A DNA stretch of 64,000 bases from Gemmatimonadaceae bacterium (GTDB lineage: Bacteria; Gemmatimonadota; Gemmatimonadetes; Gemmatimonadales; Gemmatimonadaceae). Shown here in pieces: positions 17,488 to 27,626 of this stretch. The DNA lies in contig JBJMOW010000005.1 in the NCBI GenBank assembly GCA_045803545.1, forward strand, positions 736,001 through 800,000, read 5' to 3'. The translations under genes were made by a program, and so were the position numbers. The notes beneath the pieces are model-generated. The model saw only the letters and a program-made list of their open reading frames with translations. It was not told where the DNA came from and searched no databases. Positions within the stretch are counted from its first letter, which is position 1; every line of letters begins with the position of its first letter.

Positions 17488-20295
17488 TTGTCGCACAAAA
17501 AAGTCTTAACGAGCCCAGCCCGGCTCGCCGCTCTCCATAACTCAGGGCTGCTCGAAGCAGGCGCGGAGGATCGTCTCGATACCTTCACACGCCTCGCCGC
17601 GCAGCTCCTCAACGTACCGACGGTGCTCATCTCACTCGTCGATTCCGAGCGCTTGCTCGTGAAGAGTGTGGCCAGCGCCAACGACTCCTTTGCCGCGGGC
17701 TGGCACCCTGTCGAGCTGACCTACTGCCAGGACGTCGTAGGCACCGGGAATTCGCTGATCATGGCGGACGCGTGGAACGAGGGTGATTACGCCGAGCGTG
17801 GCACCAGGATCCGCGCTTACGTGGGTGTCCCACTCACAACCGACGAAGGCCATGTCCTTGGTGCGCTGTGCGCGCTGGACGAGCGCCCGCGCGACTGGAC
17901 CAAACGAGACGTCGAGGTGGTCGCGGCGCTTGCGGGCGCGGTGAAGTCCGAAATTCAGCGACGTTACGCGGAGCGCGCAGTCTGCGACGCCAAGCTTCGG
18001 TTGCACGCTGAGCGCACGCTTGCGCACGCCGTTCAACAGCAGATGCCGGTTGGTGTGGCTGTCGCCGAGGTCCCGACTGGACGCCTCGTCTCTGTCAACG
18101 CGCAGATGACCGAGATTTTCCGAACCGCGTTCAGTCCCGCGCCTGACCTGAATTCGTACACTGAGTGGGTTGGTTTTCACTCTAATGGCACCCGATTCCT
18201 GTCGATGGAGTGGCCGCTGGCGCGGACTGTTTTGACCGGTGAGCCGGTGCGGGGAGAAGAAATTCACATCACGCGCGGCGACGGTACCGACGGCTATGTC
18301 CGTATGAGCTCGTCACCAGTCAAGGACAGCGAGGGCAAGACCGTCGCGGCGGTGGCGATCGTCGTCGACATCACCGATCAGCGCAAAGCGGAGCGTGCCG
18401 TTCGCTCCACCGACGAGCGCTACAACTTCGTCGCCAAGTCCACCAACGATGTAATCTGGGATTGGGACATCAAAACCAATTCGCTTGCCTGGAATGATTC
18501 AGTCGAGACTGTATTCGGCCATAAGCAGACCAGGATCTTTCCTGAGATTCAGTGGTGGTACGATCACATTCACCCGGAAGACCGCGAGCGGGTCGTCGGC
18601 GGTATCCACGCCGTGCTCGAAAGCAGTGGAACGTCCTGGAGTGATCACTATCGCTACCTGAGAGCGGACGGCAAGTACGCCAACGTTCTCGATCGCGGAT
18701 ACATCGCCCGTGACCCATCCGGTGTTGCGCAACGGATGATCGGCGCAATGACGGACGTGACTGAGCGTTCCCGATCAGAAGCAGCTATCCGCTTTCAGGC
18801 ACAGCTGCTAAACGCGGTGCAACAAGCCGTCGTCGCGACGGACCCGGAAGGCCACGTGATCTTCTGGAATTCATATGCGGAAAAACTTTACGGCTGGACG
18901 GCGTCCGAAGCAGTTGGTCGCGTGGTATCAGAGCTCAAGACGTCGCAATTCCTTCGCGACCACGCTCACGAAATCCACCAGAAGGCGGCTGCGGGCGAAA
19001 GCTGGACTGGAGAATTTCTGGTGCAGGGCAAAACCGGGAAGGCCTTCCCTGCCCTGCTCACGACTTCTCCGATTCTCGATGAGCAGGGCAGATTGCTTGG
19101 CGTTGTTCGCGTCTCAATCGATCTGACCGAGCGTCGAAATCTCGAGGAACAGTTCAGGCAGTCGCAGAAGATGGACGCGGTCGGGCGTCTGGCCGGCGGC
19201 ATCGCACACGACTTCAATAACCTCCTCACGGTGATCCGGCTCAATACCGAGATCATCATGGAGGGATTCGACCCAACTGACCCGCGCAGCGAAGATGTGA
19301 AACAGATTCGCTCGGCCGCCGAGCGCGCATCGTCGTTGACCCGCCAGCTGCTGGCATTCAGCCGCAAGCAGATCCTGCAGCCACGCGTGCTCGACTTGAA
19401 CAGCGTCGTCAGTAGTGTCGAGCCAATGCTGCAGCGCTTGATCGGCGAGGACATCACTATCACTTCGATTTGCGCTGCCCGCGGCTACATCGTCGCCGAC
19501 CCGGGTCAACTCGAACAGATTCTGGTGAACCTGGTCGTGAACGCGCGGGACGCGATGCCACAGGGCGGAACGATCAGCATCGAGACCGGTAATGTCGAGC
19601 TCGACGAGACCTACACCAGTGAGCATGCGCCCGTAATTCCGGGACGTTACGTGATGCTCGCGGTCGGCGACAACGGTATTGGCATGAGCCGCGACATTCG
19701 CGAGCACGCGTTCGATCCGTTCTTCACAACCAAGGAAGCGGGCAAAGGAACGGGACTTGGTCTCGCCACGGTCTATGGAATCGTGAAGCAGTCAGGCGGC
19801 TACGTGTGGATCTACAGCGAGCAAGGACTCGGCACGACACTCAAGCTTTACTTCCCGGAAGTGAGCTCGGCGACAGCGTTCAAGGCCGAGGAATACAAAG
19901 CATTGCCCAAGGAGGGCGCGCGCGGCTCCGAGACCATTCTGCTGGTGGAAGACGAAGACGCCGTGCGCGGTCTTACCTCGCGCATCCTCGAGAAACAGGG
20001 ATACCGCGTCATCGCTGCTCAGCATGGGAAGGAAGCGATGGACATCGCGACTAAGGAGGAGGGACGGATCGATCTCGTCCTCACCGACATCGTGATGCCC
20101 GGAATGAACGGGCGTGGATTGGTCGAGCGACTGGCTGGAATTCGCCCCCGCATAAAATCTCTCTACATGTCGGGCTACACCGACGACGACATCGTCCGTC
20201 GCGGCTTTGTCGAGCCGTCGAAGAGTTTCTTACAGAAGCCTTTCACGTCCGAAGCACTGCTGCGTACAGTCAGAAAAGTTCTCGACGAAGGATAA
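17488..20295 (+). CDS. Hybrid sensor kinase GAF-PAS-PAS-PAS-HisKA-HATPase-REC (CckA-like core)
   Basis: GAF (RLAAL...AYVGVPL...GALCALD..PR.W), three PAS domains, [31 protein letters not shown] and a C-terminal receiver. Confidence 0.93.
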   Translation: MSHKKVLTSPARLAALHNSGLLEAGAEDRLDTFTRLAAQLLNVPTVLISLVDSERLLVKSVASANDSFAAGWHPVELTYCQDVVGTGNSLIMADAWNEGDYAERGTRIRAYVGVPLTTDEGHVLGALCALDERPRDWTKRDVEVVAALAGAVKSEIQRRYAERAVCDAKLRLHAERTLAHAVQQQMPVGVAVAEVPTGRLVSVNAQMTEIFRTAFSPAPDLNSYTEWVGFHSNGTRFLSMEWPLARTVLTGEPVRGEEIHITRGDGTDGYVRMSSSPVKDSEGKTVAAVAIVVDITDQRKAERAVRSTDERYNFVAKSTNDVIWDWDIKTNSLAWNDSVETVFGHKQTRIFPEIQWWYDHIHPEDRERVVGGIHAVLESSGTSWSDHYRYLRADGKYANVLDRGYIARDPSGVAQRMIGAMTDVTERSRSEAAIRFQAQLLNAVQQAVVATDPEGHVIFWNSYAEKLYGWTASEAVGRVVSELKTSQFLRDHAHEIHQKAAAGESWTGEFLVQGKTGKAFPALLTTSPILDEQGRLLGVVRVSIDLTERRNLEEQFRQSQKMDAVGRLAGGIAHDFNNLLTVIRLNTEIIMEGFDPTDPRSEDVKQIRSAAERASSLTRQLLAFSRKQILQPRVLDLNSVVSSVEPMLQRLIGEDITITSICAARGYIVADPGQLEQILVNLVVNARDAMPQGGTISIETGNVELDETYTSEHAPVIPGRYVMLAVGDNGIGMSRDIREHAFDPFFTTKEAGKGTGLGLATVYGIVKQSGGYVWIYSEQGLGTTLKLYFPEVSSATAFKAEEYKALPKEGARGSETILLVEDEDAVRGLTSRILEKQGYRVIAAQHGKEAMDIATKEEGRIDLVLTDIVMPGMNGRGLVERLAGIRPRIKSLYMSGYTDDDIVRRGFVEPSKSFLQKPFTSEALLRTVRKVLDEG

Positions 20296-20341
20296 GGCGC
20301 AACGAGGTTGAGGCCGCCGGGTCCGCTGGGTATATACAGGG

Positions 20342-22447
20342 ATGAATTTCGGCAGGCGGTGTGAAGTCGCCATTGCGACATCCGCGGTAGCACTAGTCCC
20401 GATAATCACGCTGGCGCAGGATACCACGGCCACACGCCTCGAGCCGGTTGTCGTCGAAGTGAGCCGTGGCGCGCGGCGCCCCCTCCTCGACTTGCCATTT
20501 TCCGTCACGGTTCAAACACCGGATTCGAGTCGCCCGGGGCAGCGGCACCTCTCCCTCGACGAGACCCTGCTGCTCATTCCGGGTTTGACGGTATCGAATC
20601 GCGACAACCCGTCGCAGGATCCACGTATCTCGATTCGTGGTTTCGGAGCGCGCTCCGCGTTCGGCGTGAGGGGAATTCGCGTATTACGCGATGGAATCCC
20701 ACTGACGCTTCCAGACGGACAAACTCCCGTCGACTACCTCGATCTGGAATCCGTGGGCAGAGTGGAGGTGATGCGCGGCAGTGCGTCTTCGCTCTACGGC
20801 AATGCCGGTGGCGGAGTCATCGACCTTCGCACCAGCGCTCCTCCGCCCCTGCCCGTCGCAGCCACCGCGCGCATGTGGCAAGGCGCATTCGACACGCGTC
20901 GTTATGTCGCTAAAATCGATGGTGACGCAGCGGGTTTTGGATATCAGGCCAACGTCGCCCGCACCGAAAGCGAAGGCTACCGCGATTACTCGCGTCAACG
21001 CTCCAACAATGGTTTCGCGCGCCTGTCTTACGAGGATGACAACGATTCCTACGGAGTCGAGTGGCTCGGCGTCAACACCCCGATCGCGCAGAATCCAGGC
21101 GCGCTAACGCGCGCTCAGTTCGAGGCGGACCCGCGGACTGCCGACCCGCTTTCACTCAGCAAGAAGGCGCGTAAGGCAGTGACACAATCGCAGGTGGGAC
21201 TCACCGCGCGACGCTACGGCACGCTCGCCGAGCTCGAAGGCTCAGCGTACGTCGGCACGCGCCACCTCGATAATCCTCTCACCTTTGGCATCGTGGATGT
21301 CGGACGCGTGATCTCGGGTGGCAACCTCCGCGCGACCATTCCGATTTCTCTGTTTGCCGCGGAAAATCGGATTACGATCGGAGCAGAGGCACAACACCAG
21401 AATGACTTGCGGCTCAACTTCACCAATTGCAACAACATTCCACCGCTGACGGCGCCGACGGCGGCTTGCCCTGACATCACCCAGGAACGCGGCAGCGTGA
21501 CGCTCAACCAGCGCGAGATCGTGTCGTCTTACGGGTCATACCTACGCGACGAGCTTCAGCTGGGTGATCGCTTTGCCTTGACGGCCGGCGCGCGCGCAGA
21601 CGCTGTCCGCTTCCGCGTTGAGGACAAGCTGATAACGGCGACGAATCCGGACGACTCGGGTGAACGGTTGCTGCACGCCGTAAGTCCGATGGCAGGGCTA
21701 TTGGCGCACCTCGGTGACTCACACAGCGCTTACTTGAACGTCTCGACTGCGTTCGAGACACCGACGGCGACGGAGCTGGGCAATCAACCAAGCGGAGCCG
21801 CCGGCATCAATCGCAATCTCAAGCCTCAACGTTCTCTTACGTACGAGTTCGGCATTAAGGGCGTGACCGACGTGGGACTGCAGTACAACACTGCGTTGTT
21901 TGCCACCAGCGTTCACGACGAGCTGATTCCGTTTGACATTCCGGGCGGCAATGGCCGTCGCTACTATAGAAACGCAGGAAGGACATGGCGACGCGGTGTC
22001 GAGCTAGGCCTCACTTACGATCTTCACGCGCTCGAGCTTGCCGGCGCTTACACATACGCAAACTACCGGTTCGTCGACTTCACCGTCGGCACCGCGGATT
22101 ACGGCGGCAATCGTATACCTGGCATTCCCGCCCAGACCTTCCAGGCGTCGGCGACGCTGCGCACGAAGCTCGCGTCGCTGGTGACGGAGGCTAACCTCGC
22201 CGACAAAATGTTCGTCAACGACGGGAATTCAGAGAGCGCACCCGGCTATGGAATCGTCAACGCGCGGCTAGTCTCCTCGGCGCTCTGGCGCGGGTCGGGG
22301 GCCGAGATCACGGTGGGCGCGCAAAATATCTTCGACCGCAAGTACGTTTCCTCTGTGAGCGTGAACGCGACGGGCGGAAAATTCTATGAGCCAGGCTCGC
22401 AACGCGCGTTTTTCGTGGGCCTGAGTCTGCTAGCCGCCGCTCGGTAG
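20342..22447 (+). CDS. TonB-dependent receptor, YncD/PqqU-like
   Basis: Signal peptide and TonB-box-like EPVVV. The plug ISIRGFGARSAFGVRGIRVLRDGIPLTLPDGQ...VEVMRG...LYGNAGGGVI closely resembles E. coli YncD (PqqU) as I recall it. Also contains FETPT..EL and YRNAGRT. Confidence 0.85.
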   Translation: MNFGRRCEVAIATSAVALVPIITLAQDTTATRLEPVVVEVSRGARRPLLDLPFSVTVQTPDSSRPGQRHLSLDETLLLIPGLTVSNRDNPSQDPRISIRGFGARSAFGVRGIRVLRDGIPLTLPDGQTPVDYLDLESVGRVEVMRGSASSLYGNAGGGVIDLRTSAPPPLPVAATARMWQGAFDTRRYVAKIDGDAAGFGYQANVARTESEGYRDYSRQRSNNGFARLSYEDDNDSYGVEWLGVNTPIAQNPGALTRAQFEADPRTADPLSLSKKARKAVTQSQVGLTARRYGTLAELEGSAYVGTRHLDNPLTFGIVDVGRVISGGNLRATIPISLFAAENRITIGAEAQHQNDLRLNFTNCNNIPPLTAPTAACPDITQERGSVTLNQREIVSSYGSYLRDELQLGDRFALTAGARADAVRFRVEDKLITATNPDDSGERLLHAVSPMAGLLAHLGDSHSAYLNVSTAFETPTATELGNQPSGAAGINRNLKPQRSLTYEFGIKGVTDVGLQYNTALFATSVHDELIPFDIPGGNGRRYYRNAGRTWRRGVELGLTYDLHALELAGAYTYANYRFVDFTVGTADYGGNRIPGIPAQTFQASATLRTKLASLVTEANLADKMFVNDGNSESAPGYGIVNARLVSSALWRGSGAEITVGAQNIFDRKYVSSVSVNATGGKFYEPGSQRAFFVGLSLLAAAR

Positions 22448-22503
22448 CTCGCCTGTCCGCCGCGGCGGGCGGCAGGCGGCACAGAACTTCCCCTTGGGGC
22501 AGC

Positions 22504-23394
22504 ATGCCCCGGGAGATCACGGAAGATTCGATTCGAAATCCTTCGCAAGAGAAAGGCGAATCGCCTTCCAATCCGTTTGGCAAGAAGTCCGTTCGACAGC
22601 CCGACACCGGGACCAGGCTCAGCGCGCTCGAGATCCACGAGAACATTCGCGCGCCAGCGGAAGAGGAGCTCGAGCGACCCGTCAGCTCACTACTCTTCTC
22701 CTCACTTGCCGCGGGAATGCTGATCGGTTTCACATTCCTTTCGTCGGCGTTCGTGTCCTATTACGCGGCTGAGCCGATCAAGCATCCGCTGGCCAGCGCC
22801 GCATATCCACTCGGTTTCATCTTCGTGATCATGGGGCGCAGTGAGCTCTTTACCGAGAACACACTCGAGCCCGTGATCCCGCTGCTGCACAAACGCGATT
22901 CTAAAACTCTGCGGCAGCTGTTGCGGATGTGGGGATTGCTGATTCTCGGGAACCTCGTTGGCGCATTGATCTTCGCCTGGATCATCGGTGGGACGAATTT
23001 GATCGAATCCTCGTTGCAACCGACGATGCAAAAGCTCGCCGGCGAATCGACGAGTGGTGGGTTCGGCGAGGTATTCTACAAGGCGATTTTCGGCGGCTGG
23101 CTGATCGCCCTGCTTACCTGGTTGCTTGCCTCCACCATCGACACCATCGCTCAGCTGTTCTTGATCTGGGCTACTACGGCTCCCATCGCAGCGTTCCATT
23201 TTCGGCACTCGATCGCAGGTGCCGTCGAGGCGTTCTACCGCGCCGTCACCGGGACCGCGGGCTGGGGAGAGATGCTGGGCGGATTCGTCGTTCCGGCGCT
23301 GATCGGCAACGCGGTTGGCGGAGTGCTACTCGTTGCCCTTTTCAACTACGCGCAAGTAGCCGAAGAACATCAGGAAAAGCAGGAAGAAGCCTAG
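22504..23394 (+). CDS. Formate/nitrite transporter (FNT) family protein, YfdC-like
   Basis: GFIFVIMGRSELFTENT, GNLVG, HSIAG and GNAVGG motifs with ~6 TM helices. Confidence 0.88.
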   Translation: MPREITEDSIRNPSQEKGESPSNPFGKKSVRQPDTGTRLSALEIHENIRAPAEEELERPVSSLLFSSLAAGMLIGFTFLSSAFVSYYAAEPIKHPLASAAYPLGFIFVIMGRSELFTENTLEPVIPLLHKRDSKTLRQLLRMWGLLILGNLVGALIFAWIIGGTNLIESSLQPTMQKLAGESTSGGFGEVFYKAIFGGWLIALLTWLLASTIDTIAQLFLIWATTAPIAAFHFRHSIAGAVEAFYRAVTGTAGWGEMLGGFVVPALIGNAVGGVLLVALFNYAQVAEEHQEKQEEA

Positions 23395-24683
23395 CGTAAG
23401 GTGTAAAGGTAGGCGGCGATGTCTCGCGCATCACGCGGCGTGACTCCCATATAAGGCATCGCAGTCTTCGAATCGACGCCCGGCGGGTTCTCAAGCCACT
23501 TGATCATGTTGTCCGGCTCATTCGGCAACACACCCGCGATGTAGACGCGCTGTGCAATCTGTCCTAATGGCGGACCTACCATTCCCACCGCTCCGCTCAC
23601 ACCGGGAATGTCGTGACAGGAGCCACAGCCATATTTGCGAATGGCAGTGCGGCCACGCTCGGTATCGGAGTTAGTCAGCTGATACCCGTTGTCGCCTGAC
23701 GCGCGGTCGCATGATGAAAACGCCACTATCGCAACAATCATCGCCATGGCTCGCGCCGCGAAAATCGTTGCATCACGACGGATTGCGCGCGCTTCCGCGG
23801 CCCGGAGCCAGCGGGCGAACATGTACAATCCTGCAATCAGGTACGGAACACTTCCGGGAATCCACATGATCAGTCCGCCGAGCTGTTGATCCTCGAGCGG
23901 CGCGAGGCCCCACGGACTAGTGGTTGCGGCGTAGGCCGGATACCAGAGGCGTGGCGCAAACGTCAGCAGCGCCCCCAGCGCACCCGTCTGCAGCGCGGTG
24001 GCAAAGAGGTAGAACACTGCCGCTCCGTATCCGAGCTCCGAGCCGCGGATCTTGAAAATCGTCCACCAGAATAAGAGCGCCGTCCCCAGGAAACTCATGT
24101 GCTGCAGCGAGTGCATAAGCTCGCTCGTCAAAGTCGATTGATATGGCCCCGGGAGGTGCCACACCCACAGCGCGATCGCGTGCAGACTGAACGCCACCGA
24201 CGGCATCGACACCGCGTGCCAGCCATGACTCACTCCATCTCGGCGTGCCCAATCGCCGAGCCTCTTACGCCATGACTGCGGGAGTCCCCAAATGAACGGA
24301 ATGAGCGGCCGCCCAAGAACCATGAGGGGCGCGCAGACCGAGATGAGGAGCTCGTGTTGCGTCATGTGCGCAGAAAACAAGACGCCACCGAGTGCATGCA
24401 ATGGCGAAATCAAGGCGACCGCGGTGGACAACCAACCGATGGCGAATGCCGCCGCCTCCCAACGCCTGATTCCAACTCCGCTTCCGCGCGACCAAAGGCG
24501 ACTTAATCCAACCGCGTATAACGCGCCGCACACCAACAGGCCGACGACGACAAGCGGCTCGAACGACCACGCGTCCCACAGGTCGTGCGGCTGCAGCGCC
24601 AGACCGGTGTGTGCGAGGGCTGTCGAAGGCAATACGACCAGCAGAAGCCCGCTCAGCACGGCCGGACTCAGGTACCGATGCAT
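23391..24683 (-). CDS. ctaG: caa3-type cytochrome c oxidase assembly factor CtaG fused to a C-terminal monoheme cytochrome c
   Basis: LFSAHMTQH, WVWHLP, H..QH, DQQLGGLIMWIPG. The same frame continues into CGSCH...GPPL...MP. Start 24683 overlaps the upstream gene end. Confidence 0.85.
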   Translation of the reverse strand: MHRYLSPAVLSGLLLVVLPSTALAHTGLALQPHDLWDAWSFEPLVVVGLLVCGALYAVGLSRLWSRGSGVGIRRWEAAAFAIGWLSTAVALISPLHALGGVLFSAHMTQHELLISVCAPLMVLGRPLIPFIWGLPQSWRKRLGDWARRDGVSHGWHAVSMPSVAFSLHAIALWVWHLPGPYQSTLTSELMHSLQHMSFLGTALLFWWTIFKIRGSELGYGAAVFYLFATALQTGALGALLTFAPRLWYPAYAATTSPWGLAPLEDQQLGGLIMWIPGSVPYLIAGLYMFARWLRAAEARAIRRDATIFAARAMAMIVAIVAFSSCDRASGDNGYQLTNSDTERGRTAIRKYGCGSCHDIPGVSGAVGMVGPPLGQIAQRVYIAGVLPNEPDNMIKWLENPPGVDSKTAMPYMGVTPRDARDIAAYLYTLR

Positions 24684-25063
24684 GCGCCCAGGAAAAAGAC
24701 TGGAATCCATTGAAAAATGATTTCGATGATCGCGAGCGATGCGGTGAACATTCCCACCAACGCCATAAATCGCGTCCGCGGCATCACACCGCCTTCCGTC
24801 ATCGGAAAGTCGCCGGCGCGGTCATACCACCTGCGCCCATCCAGCCACGCGCCGATGGCGATGGCGAGAAAGAGCGCAGACGTCACGTGCAGCCACACCC
24901 GATTGCCGCTCACGCATGCGCGATCGACGAGTGGATAGTTGATCCACACCATGAGCATGCCCGCCATCGGTCCGCCGAAGAAACCAAACCAGAGCCAGCG
25001 CGTGACTTTCGGCCGCGCCAGATCCTCTCGCTCCCGTTGCTCCGTGACGATGCTTTCGCTCAT
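24668..25063 (-). CDS. Small multi-TM membrane protein of the oxidase operon
   Basis: About three hydrophobic segments; ATGA overlap with the subunit III stop codon. Confidence 0.75.
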   Translation of the reverse strand: MSESIVTEQREREDLARPKVTRWLWFGFFGGPMAGMLMVWINYPLVDRACVSGNRVWLHVTSALFLAIAIGAWLDGRRWYDRAGDFPMTEGGVMPRTRFMALVGMFTASLAIIEIIFQWIPVFFLGACIGT

Positions 25064-25668
25064 ATGAACCTCACCGAAACAAACACCACCAGCCAGAGAG
25101 CGACCCAAGACCCGACGACGAAGTACCAGTACACCGCCATTACCGTGGTGTCAGTGTAGTGCTTCTTCTCGACTGGCCCGATGAACATCACCAGTGCAAT
25201 CAGCAGCGTCTCAAGTGAGCCCGCGATCAAGTGGGCCAGGTGAGTGACGAGTATCATCCATGTGATCGATCCGTAAGCGTTCGAGTCATAGCGAGTATGC
25301 AGCCCGCGCAGCTCAAACGCGCGTAACACGATGGCGGCAAGCCCGAACGCAATCACCAGCATTAGCCAGCGACCGATTTCCTGCGGCTGCCTGTGCTCAA
25401 ACGCGAGTCTGGCCGCGTACCACATTGGAACGACACTCACGAGCTGCAGAAGGACGTTGATCGTTGAAACGCCCATGTCGGGGAGGTAAGTCCGCTCTGG
25501 CGGCCAGGTGTTGAAGTTCCGCCGGATGTAGTAGTACGCGACAACCATCAGAGCGAACGCTGCACCCTCGATCAGGATCATCAGCAGGTTGCCCCACCAG
25601 ATCGGTGCGCGAATGCTGAAGGAGTGATCGTCCAGCATTGCCACGTCGAGAATTGCTCGCCGTCTCAT
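25060..25668 (-). CDS. ctaE: Cytochrome c oxidase subunit III (short form)
   Basis: WWG...ILIE...F, NAYGS..W....H..H and YWYFV motifs. The likely start MRRRAILD has an ATGA overlap with the subunit I stop; the ORF-track N-terminal extension looks spurious. Confidence 0.88.
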   Translation of the reverse strand: MRRRAILDVAMLDDHSFSIRAPIWWGNLLMILIEGAAFALMVVAYYYIRRNFNTWPPERTYLPDMGVSTINVLLQLVSVVPMWYAARLAFEHRQPQEIGRWLMLVIAFGLAAIVLRAFELRGLHTRYDSNAYGSITWMILVTHLAHLIAGSLETLLIALVMFIGPVEKKHYTDTTVMAVYWYFVVGSWVALWLVVFVSVRFI

Positions 25669-27626
25669 ACCGGCTCCCTCGCCACTGGCGTGTCGTGGTC
25701 CGGTGAAATCGTCGGCCAGAACCAGCACGCAAGGATGATGAACGCAAGGACACCACCGACCGTCACGCCCCACGGCGTGAAGATGGCAACCGCGATCCAG
25801 CCGCCGGCTACAAATGCCAGCAGCAGTGGAAGAATCGTCTCTTTCTTGAACTCGTAACGGTGCTCCGGAATCGCATCCATGATGCTGGTGACCAAACCCT
25901 CGTGCCTGTCGGTTCTCAAGCCAGTCACGACCGATAGCTCGCCGTGGGGAGCGTCCCAAAGCGGGTCGCGTCCCTCGACCACAGGAATGAAGAGGTGGTT
26001 GTATCCCGGTGGTGGCGACGTCGTTGCCCACTCGAGCGTCGGCGCGTTCCACGGATTGTCACCCGCAGGCGCTCCGTTCCGGAGAGATCTGAACACGTTC
26101 GTAAGAAAAACGACAACGCTCGCCACGATGAACACGGCGCCGATGCTCGAGAGCAGGTTTAGCGGTCCCCATCCCATTTCCGGCAAATAGGTGTAGACAC
26201 GCCGCGGCATCCCCATCAAACCGAGAATGTGCATCGGAAAGAACGTCACGTTCATGCCGATGAAGAACAGCCAGAAATTCCATTTGCCGAGCCGCTCGCT
26301 GAGCATCCTTCCAGTCACCTTGGGGAACCAGAGGTAGAACCCGGCCCACAGCGGGAAAACGGCGCCTCCCAGCAGCACGTAGTGGAAGTGTGCGACGATG
26401 AAGAACGTGTCGTGGACCTGAAGATCGTACGGCACGGCGGCGATCATAACGCCGGTAAGTCCACCGATGATGAACAGGAAGAAGAAGCCGATCACGAACA
26501 TGAACGACGCGGTGAAGCGTGGCCGCCCCGACCAGATCGTCGCGATCCAGCAGAATATCTGTACACCCGACGGTATCGAGATCGCCGAGCTCGCCGCAGT
26601 GAAAAAGCTTTGCCCCAGCTGCGGCAGCGGCGTCGCGAACATGTGGTGCACCCACAATCCGAATCCGAGGAAGGCGGTGCTCACCAGCGAAAGCAGCATC
26701 GCCGGGTAGCCGAAGATGCGCCGCTGGGTGAACGCTTCAACAACTGATGACACCATTCCCAGAGCGGGAATGAAGATGATGTAGACTTCGGGATGGCCGA
26801 AGAACCAGAACAGGTGTTGCCAGAGCAGTGCGTCACCGCCCTCGGCCGGATTGAAGAAATGCGTGTCGATGAGACGGTCAGTCGCCAACATTGAGCTCGA
26901 CACGACGATCGCGGGCAGCGCAAAGATGATCATGAATGCCGTGATCAACTGAGCCCAGACGAAAAGCGGAATCCGATTCAGCGACATGCCGGGCGCGCGA
27001 AGCTTGAAGATCGTGGTCACGATCTCAACAGCGCCGATTAGAGCCGCGATCTCCGTGAAGGTGATCATCTGGGCCCAGATGTCCATTCGCTTGCCCGGAC
27101 TGTAAGCGGGACCGGCGAGCGGCACGTAGGCGAACCAGCCGGCGTCGGGACCAGTGTTCAGGAAGAACGCACCGTACAGCAGTAGCCCACCGCCCAGATA
27201 CATCCAATAGCCGAGCGCATTCAATCGCGGGAATGCAACGTTCCGCGTACCGATCATCAGCGGCACGAGATAAAGCCCGACGGCCTCCATCACCGGCACG
27301 GCGAACAGAAACATCATCGTGCTGCCGTGCATCGTGAAGATCTGATTGTACAGATCGGGTCCGATGAAGCGGTTCTCGGGGCGCGAGAGCTGAGCGCGCA
27401 TCATCCCCGCTTCGAGACCGCCGAGGATGAAGAAAATGATCGCGGTGACGAGGTAGCGCTTGGCGATCGACTTGTGATTCGTCGATGTCAGCCAGCCGTA
27501 GAACCCGGAGTTTTCCTTCCATGTCGCCGAAAGATTGGCGCGTACATCGGTCTCGACCTCGGCGGTGATGAATGGCGGCGGTTCGGGAACATCGTCACGC
27601 ATCGGCACCGGCTGACTGTACGCCAT
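25665..27626 (-). CDS. ctaD: Cytochrome c oxidase subunit I, type A1
   Basis: TNHKSI, MHG, WFFGHPEVYI, WVHHMF, AHFHYV and GMPRR motifs. Start MAYSQ has a TAATG overlap with subunit II. Confidence 0.96.
   Translation of the reverse strand: MAYSQPVPMRDDVPEPPPFITAEVETDVRANLSATWKENSGFYGWLTSTNHKSIAKRYLVTAIIFFILGGLEAGMMRAQLSRPENRFIGPDLYNQIFTMHGSTMMFLFAVPVMEAVGLYLVPLMIGTRNVAFPRLNALGYWMYLGGGLLLYGAFFLNTGPDAGWFAYVPLAGPAYSPGKRMDIWAQMITFTEIAALIGAVEIVTTIFKLRAPGMSLNRIPLFVWAQLITAFMIIFALPAIVVSSSMLATDRLIDTHFFNPAEGGDALLWQHLFWFFGHPEVYIIFIPALGMVSSVVEAFTQRRIFGYPAMLLSLVSTAFLGFGLWVHHMFATPLPQLGQSFFTAASSAISIPSGVQIFCWIATIWSGRPRFTASFMFVIGFFFLFIIGGLTGVMIAAVPYDLQVHDTFFIVAHFHYVLLGGAVFPLWAGFYLWFPKVTGRMLSERLGKWNFWLFFIGMNVTFFPMHILGLMGMPRRVYTYLPEMGWGPLNLLSSIGAVFIVASVVVFLTNVFRSLRNGAPAGDNPWNAPTLEWATTSPPPGYNHLFIPVVEGRDPLWDAPHGELSVVTGLRTDRHEGLVTSIMDAIPEHRYEFKKETILPLLLAFVAGGWIAVAIFTPWGVTVGGVLAFIILACWFWPTISPDHDTPVAREPV

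Noticed and set aside
25669..26052. ORF-track N-terminal extensions of oxidase subunit III, and likewise subunit I (to 27854), xoxF (to 32142), purE, rimM, rpsP, the TrmH-family gene and phoB
   Set aside because: Most overlap neighbouring genes or regulatory sites. Downstream starts with coupling overlaps, ribosome binding sites or promoter spacing fit the families better.
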